Below, piece after piece: positions 18,307 to 27,728 of a stretch of 64,000 nucleotides of DNA. Under the pieces are notes generated by a model that worked only from the letters and a program-made list of their open reading frames with translations, did not search any database and was not told where the DNA came from. The stretch is from Candidatus Bathyarchaeota archaeon (GTDB lineage: Archaea > Thermoproteota > Bathyarchaeia > Bathyarchaeales > Bathycorpusculaceae): positions 79,493 to 143,492 of the forward strand of contig CAWAKC010000006.1 of assembly GCA_963782525.1 (NCBI GenBank). The letters run 5' to 3'. A program made the position numbers and the translations under genes. Positions within the stretch are counted from its first letter, which is position 1; every line of letters starts with the position of its first letter.

Positions 18307-19731
18307 TTAATGGTTTTTTAGCCAGAGGGGCTTGCCAATGAGAAATTCAGTTAAAAACTCGGCAAATTCCCCATTTTCCTCATAAACTTGAAGAATCTCG
18401 TCGTTGACGAGAACTTTTAGGTTTTTCTGCATGGCTTTTGCGATTAAATCGGTGACACCGGCGTTTTTGCCGCCATCCGCCAACTTTTCCTTCAATAGTA
18501 CTTTGGCATTAGTGGTTTTACGAGGTAACTCTACTATCCAACGTCCATCTTCGATGTATGGACCAGAAATTACCAAGCCGCTGTCACCATATTTGGCAAG
18601 GTATTTCTCACATTCAGTTTCCCGTTCGAGCGGTGGACCCAAGTGCTTCTTGATATTGGGCAATACCTGCTGTTCCAGCTCAAATATGAAAACGCTCTGT
18701 GATTTCTCGTTGCTCCAAACTGCATCTTTGAGAACTTTAAAATCGTTTGTTTCAAGCAGTGTCCTTAGCGAACGCTTTGTGCGATAGATTTGTCCCCAAA
18801 GAACATCTGGAACCGCGTTCAACTCACCGATAGCCAAAAACACTACGGCTGATCCGCTTTCCCCCAGTTGATGCCTCAACGCCCCTGCCGATAAAGTCGC
18901 TGGTTTTGGTGGATAAAAGAAATCTTCTGCAGGCTTCTTGAGAAAGGCTCTTGTTGCGCCGATGAATGTGTAGAGTTTCTGGTGTTGTACGGCTGATGCG
19001 ACGTTTCTTCCTTTGTCTACTGGGTCAACAATTACCAAGGGTTCAGGAAAGAGTAGTGTAAGCTCGTTTGCTCTATTCGCGTAGAAGCCTTCAATGTCGA
19101 TTAAAACTCGTCGATTATAATTTGCAAAAGCCTGCAGAGTTTTTGCGAATGAACCGTACTTTAGTATGAGCAGTTCGCAGAGGTAACCGCTGAAACCGCC
19201 AACCCTGATCTCGGCACCGTAAACATCAACTCCCTGCATGAATTTTTTGAGAAGCCGCACCTCACCGCGCATCTCATTCGAAAAGTGTCCTCTAATGTAC
19301 TCTGTGTGGTAGGGTGTTCGGTCAGTGGCGCTTTGCCATTCGCCGGGCTTAGCATCATAACAGGGAACAATGTCGACGCGGTAACCGTCAACAAAGCTTT
19401 GGAGATAAGGATGCTCAGCGAAACGTTCCAACTGCTTAGCCTTGCCAGCAGCCTTTTTTGCAATTTTCAGCCCGATGTCGCCGAGGTTTTTGCGAGGAAT
19501 CGAAGTAGGCAACCGCATAAAAATATCGATATCCGGGTTTTCGCTCAACCAAGTGTCTTTGGCAACTGAGCCTTCAACTCGCACAATTGCAGGGACGCCT
19601 TCTTGTTGGCAAGCCGCTGTGATTTTTTGTTCGAGTTCGCGGCTTAATGCCTCAATTTTAGCATATTCCTCTTTTTTCGGCGTGATTTTCTCAAGAATCC
19701 GCTCGGAAAGCTGTTGTACTTCTTTTTCCAT
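18307..19731 (-). CDS. cca: Archaeal (class I) CCA-adding enzyme
   Basis: EGSVAKDTWL..DIDIF, AEHPY, DRTPYHT, GGFSGYLCELL. Confidence 0.96.
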   Translation of the reverse strand: MEKEVQQLSERILEKITPKKEEYAKIEALSRELEQKITAACQQEGVPAIVRVEGSVAKDTWLSENPDIDIFMRLPTSIPRKNLGDIGLKIAKKAAGKAKQLERFAEHPYLQSFVDGYRVDIVPCYDAKPGEWQSATDRTPYHTEYIRGHFSNEMRGEVRLLKKFMQGVDVYGAEIRVGGFSGYLCELLILKYGSFAKTLQAFANYNRRVLIDIEGFYANRANELTLLFPEPLVIVDPVDKGRNVASAVQHQKLYTFIGATRAFLKKPAEDFFYPPKPATLSAGALRHQLGESGSAVVFLAIGELNAVPDVLWGQIYRTKRSLRTLLETNDFKVLKDAVWSNEKSQSVFIFELEQQVLPNIKKHLGPPLERETECEKYLAKYGDSGLVISGPYIEDGRWIVELPRKTTNAKVLLKEKLADGGKNAGVTDLIAKAMQKNLKVLVNDEILQVYEENGEFAEFLTEFLIGKPLWLKNH

Positions 19732-19741
19732 GGTTTATCAT

Positions 19742-20314
19742 TTAGGGGCAATATTCCTTGAGGGTTGAGTAAGTTGGTCCCTTTGGTGAGAGCTGGCTTT
19801 TTTTGAGTCGTAGACAGTCTGCTCTGATGTTGCCAAAATCGTAATTTGCTTGTTTAGTGACGAGGTCAACTAAACGTTGTTTGTTTGCACCCGACCGTAC
19901 ACGGGCAATGGTTAAGTGGGGGCTGAACCCGTTGGGGTCTGGCGCAAAACCTAATTCGTGGATTTGTGGCTCCAACTGCTCAAAGATGCTTTTTAGTTGT
20001 TCAGCCCCGTCGGTTATTCCTGCCCAAACTACCCGTGGATAGTTAAGTGTTGGAAAAACCCCTAACCCAGAGAGTTGGATGTTGAATGGGCTGAACTTTA
20101 CGTTTTTCATAACTGCATAAACTTTTTCTACCATTTCTGGGCTAATTCCGCCAAGAAACCTAAGTGTAATGTGAATGTTTTTTGGTTCAACAAGTTTTAG
20201 GTCGGCGTTAGTTTGGATCAACATTTTTTGTGCTGCAGCAAGCCTGTTTAAAACGTTGTCGTTTTTCATGTCGAAGGCGATGAAGCTTCTAATTTGTGGT
20301 TCTGGTTCGGTCAT
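19742..20314 (-). CDS. thpR: RNA 2',3'-cyclic phosphodiesterase (2'-5' RNA ligase family)
   Basis: Two HxT motifs: HITLRFLG and PHLTIAR. Confidence 0.93.
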   Translation of the reverse strand: MTEPEPQIRSFIAFDMKNDNVLNRLAAAQKMLIQTNADLKLVEPKNIHITLRFLGGISPEMVEKVYAVMKNVKFSPFNIQLSGLGVFPTLNYPRVVWAGITDGAEQLKSIFEQLEPQIHELGFAPDPNGFSPHLTIARVRSGANKQRLVDLVTKQANYDFGNIRADCLRLKKSQLSPKGPTYSTLKEYCP

Positions 20315-20394
20315 TTTGTATCTTCACTATTTTTAACACATATCCCTCATAAATGCTTATTTGCAAGTTTCGGGTGTCGTCTTCCGTGCTCGAT

Positions 20395-20670
20395 CTTTCT
20401 TTTTTTGTTTTGTGTGGGTGTGGTGGGCTAAAAATGCCACACTACACTTGTGGCTTTGGTTTTGTTTGCTTTTTTGGTTTGGGTTGTTTCTCTTTTGTGT
20501 TTGTGTGTGGGAAGATGTGTTGGTTCACACTGCTATCATGGGTGCTATGTTGGGCTGTGTGGGTGTAGTGTGGGAGTATGTTGAATATTTTTTGTGGAAC
20601 CACACGTTCTGGGACATGTCTGCTGTCGTATGCACAGTCGGTGTTAAAGTTTTTGCCCTACTGTGTTTGA
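20395..20670. repeat. G/T-skewed low-complexity tract with repeated GTGTGG(G)/CCACAC motifs
   Basis: GTGTGG at about 20412, 20418, 20505, 20557, 20568; CCACAC at about 20437, 20600. Confidence 0.55.
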
Positions 20671-20745
20671 GAAATAATTAGAAATATGTTAAAAGGGACG
20701 GAGGCTGTGCAATCTAAAACTTTCAATTTGGGATTAAGATAAAGA

Positions 20746-20780
20746 GAAGAAGAAGTGGTGGTGGGTCTGTCTTCTTCTTC
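20746..20780 (-). terminator. Hairpin downstream of the Lrp ligand-binding gene
   Basis: Perfect 10-bp stem GAAGAAGAAG/CTTCTTCTTC followed on the minus strand by a pyrimidine tract. Confidence 0.5.
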
Positions 20781-20810
20781 CAACAACCCGATGCGCTGCC
20801 AACCATACTG

Positions 20811-21146
20811 TTAATGAATGGGGGCTAAGAAATTTTGGACCTCAATCATAGGCTCAAAATGTCCAGGAGATTGGGCGCTCGCAGATTCTAATCTTTGCAT
20901 TCTCTGAATTGGTTCAGCAACTACCATCAATGTCAGTGAGCTTGTTACACCTTCCACATTTCTTATTCCTAATCTTGTTATGTTCTTCAGCTCTTCAATT
21001 GAAGAAGCTTTGGTTTTAACTATTAAATCGTAAACTCCGCCGTATAGCTCATGGGCCTCTTCGACACCTTCAACAATTTTTATGCCTTTTAGCACTTGTT
21101 CTTGGGATTGTGGTTCTGTGTTTACCAATATTATTGCAGAAATCAT
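20811..21146 (-). CDS. Stand-alone Lrp/AsnC ligand-binding (RAM) domain protein
   Basis: AIILVNTE...GVEEAHELYGGVYDLIVK...IRNVEGVTSSLTL. Confidence 0.85.
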   Translation of the reverse strand: MISAIILVNTEPQSQEQVLKGIKIVEGVEEAHELYGGVYDLIVKTKASSIEELKNITRLGIRNVEGVTSSLTLMVVAEPIQRMQRLESASAQSPGHFEPMIEVQNFLAPIH

Positions 21147-21615
21147 GCCTGTTCCTCTGACGAGATTCTTCTCATCACAACTATTAAGAATGTGTTGTTA
21201 CAAACTTGAGACAACAACCGACCAAGCCCAAAAACTATTACTAACCTTCTCTGCTGAATTATGAAAAGAAGTTTTATTTCAAAGTGCGGGTGCGTAAGGC
21301 TGTTTGGCATCTATTACTACGCACAAGATTTTAATGCTGATTGAAGCAATCAATTGTTTTGTTAATGTGACTAATAAGAGAAAAAAGCTGCCCTCTCCTC
21401 AAAAATCATTAAACTCTTTGGCAAAAGAAACTATTTTTGTTAGCTACACCTTCTATAGGCATCCGGGCGATTTGGCTTCAAACAAGCGTTCGGTAAACAA
21501 AGAAAGGACGCTGAAAACATCTCAAAAATACTTCAAGAAATAGCGGAAAAACAACAATCCAAACAAGAAAACCAAAAAAGGTTCGTTAAAAAAGATTAAG
21601 AAGGGAAAACTAAAC

Positions 21616-21876
21616 GTGAGCACCGATGACAAATCTTCGAAGAGTTATTTTGCAAAAACTAATATCAAGGCAACACTCAGACTAAAATGCAGTTGCGGAA
21701 AATGGAATAATATTCATACTCAAAAAGTTAAGATTCATTTGGATAATGATGAGCCAAAGATGGAGGTCGTTTTGCCTGCGTATTTGCCGCTAAAAACTCA
21801 AGTTTGCGCTAAATGCAAAAGCGTGATAGCGGAACCTAGGGAATTAATTAGAGTAACGAAAGACTCCAAAATCTAA
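21616..21876 (+). CDS. Small Zn-binding hypothetical protein
   Basis: CSCGKWN...CAKCKSVIAEP. Confidence 0.6.
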   Translation: MSTDDKSSKSYFAKTNIKATLRLKCSCGKWNNIHTQKVKIHLDNDEPKMEVVLPAYLPLKTQVCAKCKSVIAEPRELIRVTKDSKI

Positions 21877-22296
21877 CGTGCCCTCCAAAGTGATTCGTAA
21901 GAATTCAATAGTTACATAAATTGAAGATAGTTAACCTTCTACTTTTTTTAGGGCATCCTGTTTCCTTAAATCGCTGTCTCTCTAAATGGAAAAGTTGTTC
22001 CTAACACCGATTTTAGAGGGTATTATTTTTTTACGTTTTAAACGTTTGCTTAAAAGCTAAAATAGAAATAAAACAGACATCCTTTCAAGAATTTCGCAAC
22101 TTAGAGTTGGTGTAATGTTTGTAACCCGCCTTTGGGCTTAGCAATTTCTTAGATATTTCCTTGCTCATTTTGAATCCTGAGTTCTTATTGTTGTGTTCTA
22201 GTTATAAGCTTTTATACGCTGTTTTTGGGTGACGCTTCAAGAATCTCCCGCACACCCCCTCTTTTCTTTGAGCATATGTGGCAAAGGTGAAAACGA

Positions 22297-22494
22297 ATGG
22301 AACACAAAATCATGAATTGCCCTCACTGTGGCAAAATTATCCCTAAATAAATTTTCAACCCCAAGACAGAACATCAGAAGGTAACCTTCCCTGAGTGTGT
22401 TAGCCAGAAAAACTGCAAAGATGGAATGAGGCATATTCGCCCTGGAAAGATTCAGCGTTACCTCTGTTGGGAATGCGGCTACAGGTTTTCATAG
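22297..22494 (+). pseudogene. Zn-ribbon (IS1 InsA-like / integrase N-terminal type) pseudogene
   Basis: SD AGGTGA; MEHKIMNCPHCGKIIPK*IFNP...FPECVSQKNCKDGMRHIRPGKIQRYLCWECGYRFS*; internal TAA 22348-22350. Confidence 0.65.
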
Positions 22495-22970
22495 TCGGGA
22501 AGGGGAAGGATTTGATCCTGCGCTCTAAAAGGTATTTCACCCGAAAAATCCTCTTTTTTCTTCAAACTTGATTTCTGATTAGAGACGGTAACCCATGCCC
22601 ACACTGGCTACCTCTGAGAGGTGAATGGCGATTGTCATTTGAGTTGCATAGTGCTTCTTCATGGCCATTAATCTGAAGAAATCCATCTCCAATTGTTAGT
22701 GTATGGAAACTAAGAAGTGTGTGACCCCAAATGAAGGCAGCGAAACCCCAACTGATAGGAGACATGAATACGCCAGGTGCCAATAACTTGCGTTACCTCC
22801 GTAGCTATAAAGAGAATTCTATTTGAAAGTAAGGTATGTACTTTTGCTCTGGAAAACCTGCGCTAATTCATCTGTGGCTTCGATATGTCAGATGGAATTG
22901 TACTAAGACATTTGGGCAAATCTTAAATTTCTAATGCTGCAACTTATTGAAGTAATTGGGGTTTAAACGC

Positions 22971-24158
22971 TTGGATCCCGCAGTGCTTGCCTTTCTCGTT
23001 GCAGGTCTCGTAATAGTGTTAGGGTTCATAGGGGAAGAATTCTTCAAAAGAACAAGCATACCTGACCCGCTTCTCTTGCTTTTATTTGGTGTTTTGTTAG
23101 GACCAGTGCTAAATGTCTTTTCCCATCAGCAATTGAGCTCAATCACACCATATTTTGCAGCTTTAGCTCTGATTGTCATTCTCTTTGATGGTGGTCTCAA
23201 CATGAACATCACGTATGCAATCAAAAACAGCCCAAGGGCTTTGATACTTGGAATCGCGGGTTTTATTTTGAATGTTATAGTTACGGCTTTGCTCTGCAAG
23301 TACATTTTGGGCTGGCGCCTTTTAAATGGATTGCTGCTTGGCAGCATACTTGGAGGTGGCAGTTCAATAATCGTAATTGCGCTGGCAAGAAAGCTCGGAG
23401 TTGACAAGAAAACTGAAACGGTTCTTAGCCTCGAGTCAATTTTGACCGACGTTCTCTGCACTGTTGGAGCCTTTGTCATAATTGATGTCATTCTTTCAGG
23501 CGAGGTAAGTGTGCAAGCAGCATTGGGTTCTGTTGCAATAGCGTTCGGAGTGGGCATTGTTGTAGGTTCACTTATTGGGATAGCTTGGTTGAATGTTTTG
23601 GAGAGGATAAAAGGAAAACCAAACATCTACATGCTGACGTTTGGAGTTTTGCTTTTGACCTTTGTGTCAGCAAGAAATCTAGGCGGGACAGGGGCGGTCT
23701 CAGCGCTTTTTCTAGGGCTTATCATCGGTAATGCGCCTCAAATCGCCAAACTGTTGAAATTCAAGAATATGGTTTCAATTAATGAAAGTGTCTCAACGTT
23801 TCATAGTCAAATCAGTTTTCTTATTCGGTCGTTTTTCTTTGTTTTTACCGGCCTATTGTTTAGCTGTTCATCTCTCACTATAGTTATTTTAGGATTGGTT
23901 CTTTCGTTTATCTACTTGGGTTTGCGATTTGCTGTCGTTAAACTGTCATTTCTGAAGTCTTCTTTTCAAGATTCCAAATCGCTTATCACAATTATGCTTC
24001 CTCGAGGATTGGCGGCAGCCGTTTTAGCTTCTTTGCCTTTTGCATCGGGCGTTCCAGGGTCTGAGGTATTCCCAGAAATAGCCTTCATAGTAATCATAAC
24101 AACGATTGTTATTTGTACTGTTGGAGTTGGGGTTCTCAAAAAGAAATTGAAATCGTAA
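22971..24158 (+). CDS. Cation:proton antiporter (CPA1/NhaP type)
   Basis: ILFDGGL, SLESILTD, PRGLAAAVLA; multiple TM segments. Confidence 0.9.
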   Translation: MDPAVLAFLVAGLVIVLGFIGEEFFKRTSIPDPLLLLLFGVLLGPVLNVFSHQQLSSITPYFAALALIVILFDGGLNMNITYAIKNSPRALILGIAGFILNVIVTALLCKYILGWRLLNGLLLGSILGGGSSIIVIALARKLGVDKKTETVLSLESILTDVLCTVGAFVIIDVILSGEVSVQAALGSVAIAFGVGIVVGSLIGIAWLNVLERIKGKPNIYMLTFGVLLLTFVSARNLGGTGAVSALFLGLIIGNAPQIAKLLKFKNMVSINESVSTFHSQISFLIRSFFFVFTGLLFSCSSLTIVILGLVLSFIYLGLRFAVVKLSFLKSSFQDSKSLITIMLPRGLAAAVLASLPFASGVPGSEVFPEIAFIVIITTIVICTVGVGVLKKKLKS

Positions 24159-24301
24159 GATCAAACAAGTGGATAAAAAAAGGTGTAAGTCAGGCTATAC
24201 ATTCAATTCATTTTTCTAATTTTCTAAATAGAGAACAAATTTTCAATATACAGCATCTTCTGGCACTTTCATTCTTAAATATCAAAAAAGTGGTGGAACT
24301 T

Positions 24302-24362
24302 ACAGAGCCCTTGGGTGCGGGAAGGTAACCCACAGGGCACCACTCGCAAGCAAGGACTCTGT
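24302..24362 (-). ncRNA. Putative structured non-coding element, copy 1
   Basis: Minus strand folds with terminal stem ACAGAGTCCTTG/CAAGGGCTCTGT (G-U only on this strand) and inner GGTGCCC/GGGTTACC; TATA-like TTTTAAG about 40 nt upstream. Confidence 0.45.
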
Positions 24363-24472
24363 TTTTGCACAGCAATTAGAAGAGAAAGTTTGAAGGTTAA
24401 CCCTTAAAAGCGGAATTGTGCCAAGATTGAAATACTTAAAACACCATAAATTATAGTTGAGGCTGCCCTGGT

Positions 24473-25321
24473 ATGTTTGAAGATATTCTTTTGCCTTTAG
24501 ATGGCTCTCATTCCTGCTTGAGAGCAAGAGAAGTTGCGGCTGAAATCGCCAAAAAGTACAACTCAAAAATAACAGCCCTTCACGTCATGTCCCATGATTT
24601 CATGCATTCAGAATTGAAAGCTAGCTACAATTTGCCACCTTTGGTTTTGCAAGAACTCAACAAAACATACGAAAAGAACGGTGAAAAAATATTGAGAGCA
24701 GCAGAAGAGTTTTTCAGAGAAGAAGATATTTCAATCAAGACTATTCTTGATAGAGCTGAAGACACGGCAGATAGGGTATTGCAAAAGGCAGAAGAGCTAA
24801 ATAGTGACCTCATAGTAATGGGAAACATTTCAGAAGATGAGGATTTGCGCTTTTCTTTAGGAAGTGTAGCTGAGAAGGTTTCCTTGCATGCACAATGTTC
24901 AGTTCTTATAGCGAAAAGAAAAACTCAATTCAACAAGTTGCTTGTTGCCTATGACAGCTCCAAACAATCTAAGAAGGCTCTCAAAGTTGCAGTTAATTTA
25001 TGCAAGCATTTTAAAAATGCCAAAATGACAATACTTAACATTGAAAACCGAGAATTGCATCGTCTGGAGCCAGAGTTAGCTAATGAAATTGGAGAGAAGA
25101 TATTAGACGAAGCTTCAACAGCGATTGAAGGGGTTACTTGTGATAGGCGGTTGGAATTTGGTAATCCCGCAGAAATGATTCTAAAAATTGCAAAAATTGA
25201 TGACTATGACCTTATTGTATTAGGAAGTCGAGGTCTAAGCAGCATTAAAAGATTTTTCACGGGTAACGTCGGAACCTTTGTAAGCATGAATTCAGAACGT
25301 TCAGTAATGCTTGTTAGATAG
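24473..25321 (+). CDS. Universal stress protein, two Usp domains
   Basis: ILLPLDGS...DLIVMG...GSVAEKV; LLVAYDSS...GNPAEMI...DLIVLGSRG. Confidence 0.92.
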   Translation: MFEDILLPLDGSHSCLRAREVAAEIAKKYNSKITALHVMSHDFMHSELKASYNLPPLVLQELNKTYEKNGEKILRAAEEFFREEDISIKTILDRAEDTADRVLQKAEELNSDLIVMGNISEDEDLRFSLGSVAEKVSLHAQCSVLIAKRKTQFNKLLVAYDSSKQSKKALKVAVNLCKHFKNAKMTILNIENRELHRLEPELANEIGEKILDEASTAIEGVTCDRRLEFGNPAEMILKIAKIDDYDLIVLGSRGLSSIKRFFTGNVGTFVSMNSERSVMLVR

Positions 25322-25329
25322 GCTAAACC

Positions 25330-25467
25330 TTAAAGCGAAGGCTTAACCTGTGCATGAAAAATTAACAAGAGCAACATCATAAAGATAAGTGCTGCGAGCA
25401 ATGCAGAAACCTCTTCTAATGAAAGATAAACCTGCCTCTCGCTCTTCTTTTGTAAAGAAGAGACCAA
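25330..25467 (-). CDS. Possible small single-TM protein
   Basis: TTG start after GGAG; MVSSLQKKSERQVYLSLEEVSALLAALIFMMLLLLIFHAQVKPSL. Confidence 0.3.
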   Translation of the reverse strand: MVSSLQKKSERQVYLSLEEVSALLAALIFMMLLLLIFHAQVKPSL

Positions 25468-25628
25468 AAAATGGTGTTCTCCGTATCTGCACAAGAGAAA
25501 CAGAAAACCGTTTTTGGCATCCAAAGACCCAAAAAAACACAAATACAGTTAAGAACTAAAGTTACTTTGTTAATTTTAGAGCAAGATAAGGCTGGTGTTG
25601 CTTCAATACTTGAAGTGCTATTGCTTTT

Positions 25629-25925
25629 TTATTTTTTGCACTCTAAAATCTCTTGATTGTTTTCCAATTCTTCTATAGACCTAGAGATCGTCACCACATG
25701 CGCGACTGCTTGAACCATGCTAACTGGAATGCATATTTTGGAACTTCCAAATCTCTTCTTCATCCCAAAACTCTCAGCAGCATCACCAGTAAGCTTCACA
25801 CTCAAAAACTTAATCGCCCAAGTTGCAGGATCAATTTTTGCTCCTTTGACTTCTCCAATAATTTTTGCGCCAGAAGTCACTACCTGTAACCCCATAATTT
25901 CTTCAAAATTTATCACACATGTCAC
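25629..25925 (-). CDS. PRC-barrel domain protein
   Basis: IMGLQVVTSGAKIIGEVKGAKIDPATWAI...IPVSMVQAVAHVV. Confidence 0.85.
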   Translation of the reverse strand: MTCVINFEEIMGLQVVTSGAKIIGEVKGAKIDPATWAIKFLSVKLTGDAAESFGMKKRFGSSKICIPVSMVQAVAHVVTISRSIEELENNQEILECKK

Positions 25926-26034
25926 CTATATTACTTGAGTTTATTCTAAATATATGCCTATCTTTTCTAATCCCTTTCGCATTTGACTGACTAAAGTCAA
26001 TATTCCATTACTAATAGTGTTAGAATGTTGCAAG

Positions 26035-26150
26035 ACAGAGTCCTTGCTTGCGAGGAGGGTGCCCTATAGGGATGTGAACTCGCTACCTGAGGTGTTTTTG
26101 CTTTGAGTATAAGAAGTGCTTTTAGGCAGAGGACTAAGTAGCGGACTCTG
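26035..26150 (+). ncRNA. Putative structured non-coding element, copy 2
   Basis: Terminal stem CAGAGTCC/GGACTCTG, inner GCGAG/CTCGC and CCTGAGG/TTTTAGG arms; shares ACAGAGTCCTTGCTTGCGAG with copy 1. Confidence 0.45.
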
Positions 26151-26260
26151 AAACGCTTTCACTTCCATTTACCTCTCTACTGAGTGGAATAGTTAGTTAA
26201 TTCGATTTCTTTTTATGGTCATTTCGATGATGGGTTGGTGTTGTTTGGAGGTTTGTAAGT

Positions 26261-26545
26261 TTGGGTAAGACTGTTCCTGCTTACAGCTGGGCTTTGGAAT
26301 CTGAGATTGACTCGTGGAGGGGTTTTAGGCGGGCGTTAGCCAGTGATGAGGACAAGCAGGCTTTTGAGGAGATTATGGATTTATCCAGGATATTCGCTTC
26401 AGAAAGCAGCAACGCTACAAACCCAATAATCTTTGAGCTCATGGTAATGAGTATTCTTCTTGGTCAACAAAAAAGAATACGGCAACTCGAATGCAAACTC
26501 CGAAATTTGCCTGGGCAGAAAAACGGAGAGAGCACCCATGGTTAA
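26261..26545 (+). CDS. Small helical protein resembling the PolB2-operon-associated family (arCOG07300-like)
   Basis: MGKTVPAY..ALE.EI..W.GFRRAL...D...F..IMD..R...S pattern; SD GGAGG. Confidence 0.7.
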   Translation: MGKTVPAYSWALESEIDSWRGFRRALASDEDKQAFEEIMDLSRIFASESSNATNPIIFELMVMSILLGQQKRIRQLECKLRNLPGQKNGESTHG

Positions 26546-26747
26546 AATCCAAACAAGAACTATCACAAAAAAGTACAGGGACAAAGTCTACAGCTACAAG
26601 CAACACATAGTTCTCCTGCCGCTTCCATGCGATGAAGAACTCGCGCCCTTTCTTGATCAGCAACTTGACCTAAAAATCAAAGACGACGCCTTAATTTTGG
26701 CTCTTAGAAAACCAATGGAAAAACCGCAAGATGAAGAGAGGAATTAA
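26538..26747 (+). CDS. Small hypothetical protein, possibly AbrB-like
   Basis: MVKIQTRTITKKYRDKVYSYKQHIVLLP...; overlaps neighbours in an operon-like way. Confidence 0.55.
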   Translation: MVKIQTRTITKKYRDKVYSYKQHIVLLPLPCDEELAPFLDQQLDLKIKDDALILALRKPMEKPQDEERN

Positions 26748-27015
26748 GCTATCCAAAATAAATGCCACATTCAAGCAGGCAATGGACCTCACAACGCTTT
26801 TGGGGAAGTTGCAGCAACATGGCCTGGTAAAGATAATCTTTGACCCATCAATAGATGAGGAGCCGCTTGTGCAGCTAACAGAAAAGGGCAGACAAGAATT
26901 AACCGAACTGCTCTTTTCCAACGAGCCTAATAAGGAATCTCAACTGAAAGTGAATAAAGATGATGAAAAAACAATCTACATTATTCCCTCAAGATGCAGT
27001 AAAGATTGTTGGTGA
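26731..27015 (+). CDS. Winged-helix protein
   Basis: LGKLQQHGLVKI...VQLTEKGRQEL wing motif. Confidence 0.6.
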   Translation: MKRGIKLSKINATFKQAMDLTTLLGKLQQHGLVKIIFDPSIDEEPLVQLTEKGRQELTELLFSNEPNKESQLKVNKDDEKTIYIIPSRCSKDCW

Positions 27016-27418
27016 ACTGGACTTAAGGGAAGCCGAAAGATTAGCAGCTAAAATAAAGGCAACCGTAGAAGCTCAATGTGAACTGATTGAGGTTGCAGGC
27101 AGCATAAGACGGCAAAAACCCAAAATACATGACATCGACTTTGTGGTCGTCGCAAAAAGTGACCTCGAATGGCAGAAAATAAATGAAAAACTCAAGCAGT
27201 TAAAAGCCAAACCTAACTGCTCAGGTAACAGCGTCATCAAAGCCTTCGTGCCCTGCCACGAAGGTCTTTTTCAAGTGGACTTTTACCGTGCAAAACCATC
27301 GACTTTAGGAATTCATCTGCTTGTTCGGACCGGCTCAGCTGACCATAACATGTGGCTTGCAGGCCACGCGTTCTCAATGAATTCAAAAAGTGTAAAAGTG
27401 AAAAATTTTTCCTGTTAA
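26960..27418 (+). pseudogene. C-terminally truncated minimal family X DNA polymerase
   Basis: VAGSIRRQKPKIHDIDFVV, QVDF, TGSADHN motifs; sequence breaks off after LAGHAFS and lacks the thumb end. Confidence 0.75.
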
Positions 27419-27473
27419 CAATTGGGTGATAGTTTTGTTCTCTGAAAAAAGGCTGTTAACTTTCGGATGATCT

Positions 27474-27728
27474 TTAGTTAAATTGTTTACCACTTTTTGA
27501 GCAGAATTTGGCGTTGCCTGCCATTGAAAGCCCACATTGTGGACAGATTCTGTTGATAGAATGGTTATATTGTGACTGAGGTTGCTGTAAATATTGTTGT
27601 GGTGAGTAAATTTGGGGCGTATTTGTTTTCTGTCTTGTGATAAAGTGCAAAAGAGCTATAATTAAGACCACAAGCATGGTGAATGAAATACCCCCGATGA
27701 TGATTATCCATTCCCATCCTTCAAGCAT
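27474..27728 (-). CDS. Membrane-anchored zinc-ribbon protein
   Basis: N-terminal TM, Q-rich linker, CPQCG...AKFCSKSG (last Cys lost). Confidence 0.7.
   Translation of the reverse strand: MLEGWEWIIIIGGISFTMLVVLIIALLHFITRQKTNTPQIYSPQQYLQQPQSQYNHSINRICPQCGLSMAGNAKFCSKSGKQFN

Noticed and set aside
20353-20681. Cys/Trp/Phe/Val-rich ORFs
   Set aside because: By-product of G/T low-complexity DNA; no recognisable motifs.
21304-21600. Short Lys-rich ORF fragments upstream of the Zn-binding gene
   Set aside because: No consistent start or frame; may be a decayed gene but is unsupported.
22562-22783. 73-aa minus-strand ORF with GGAGGT upstream
   Set aside because: No recognisable domain or protein-like pattern; cannot be supported without homology.
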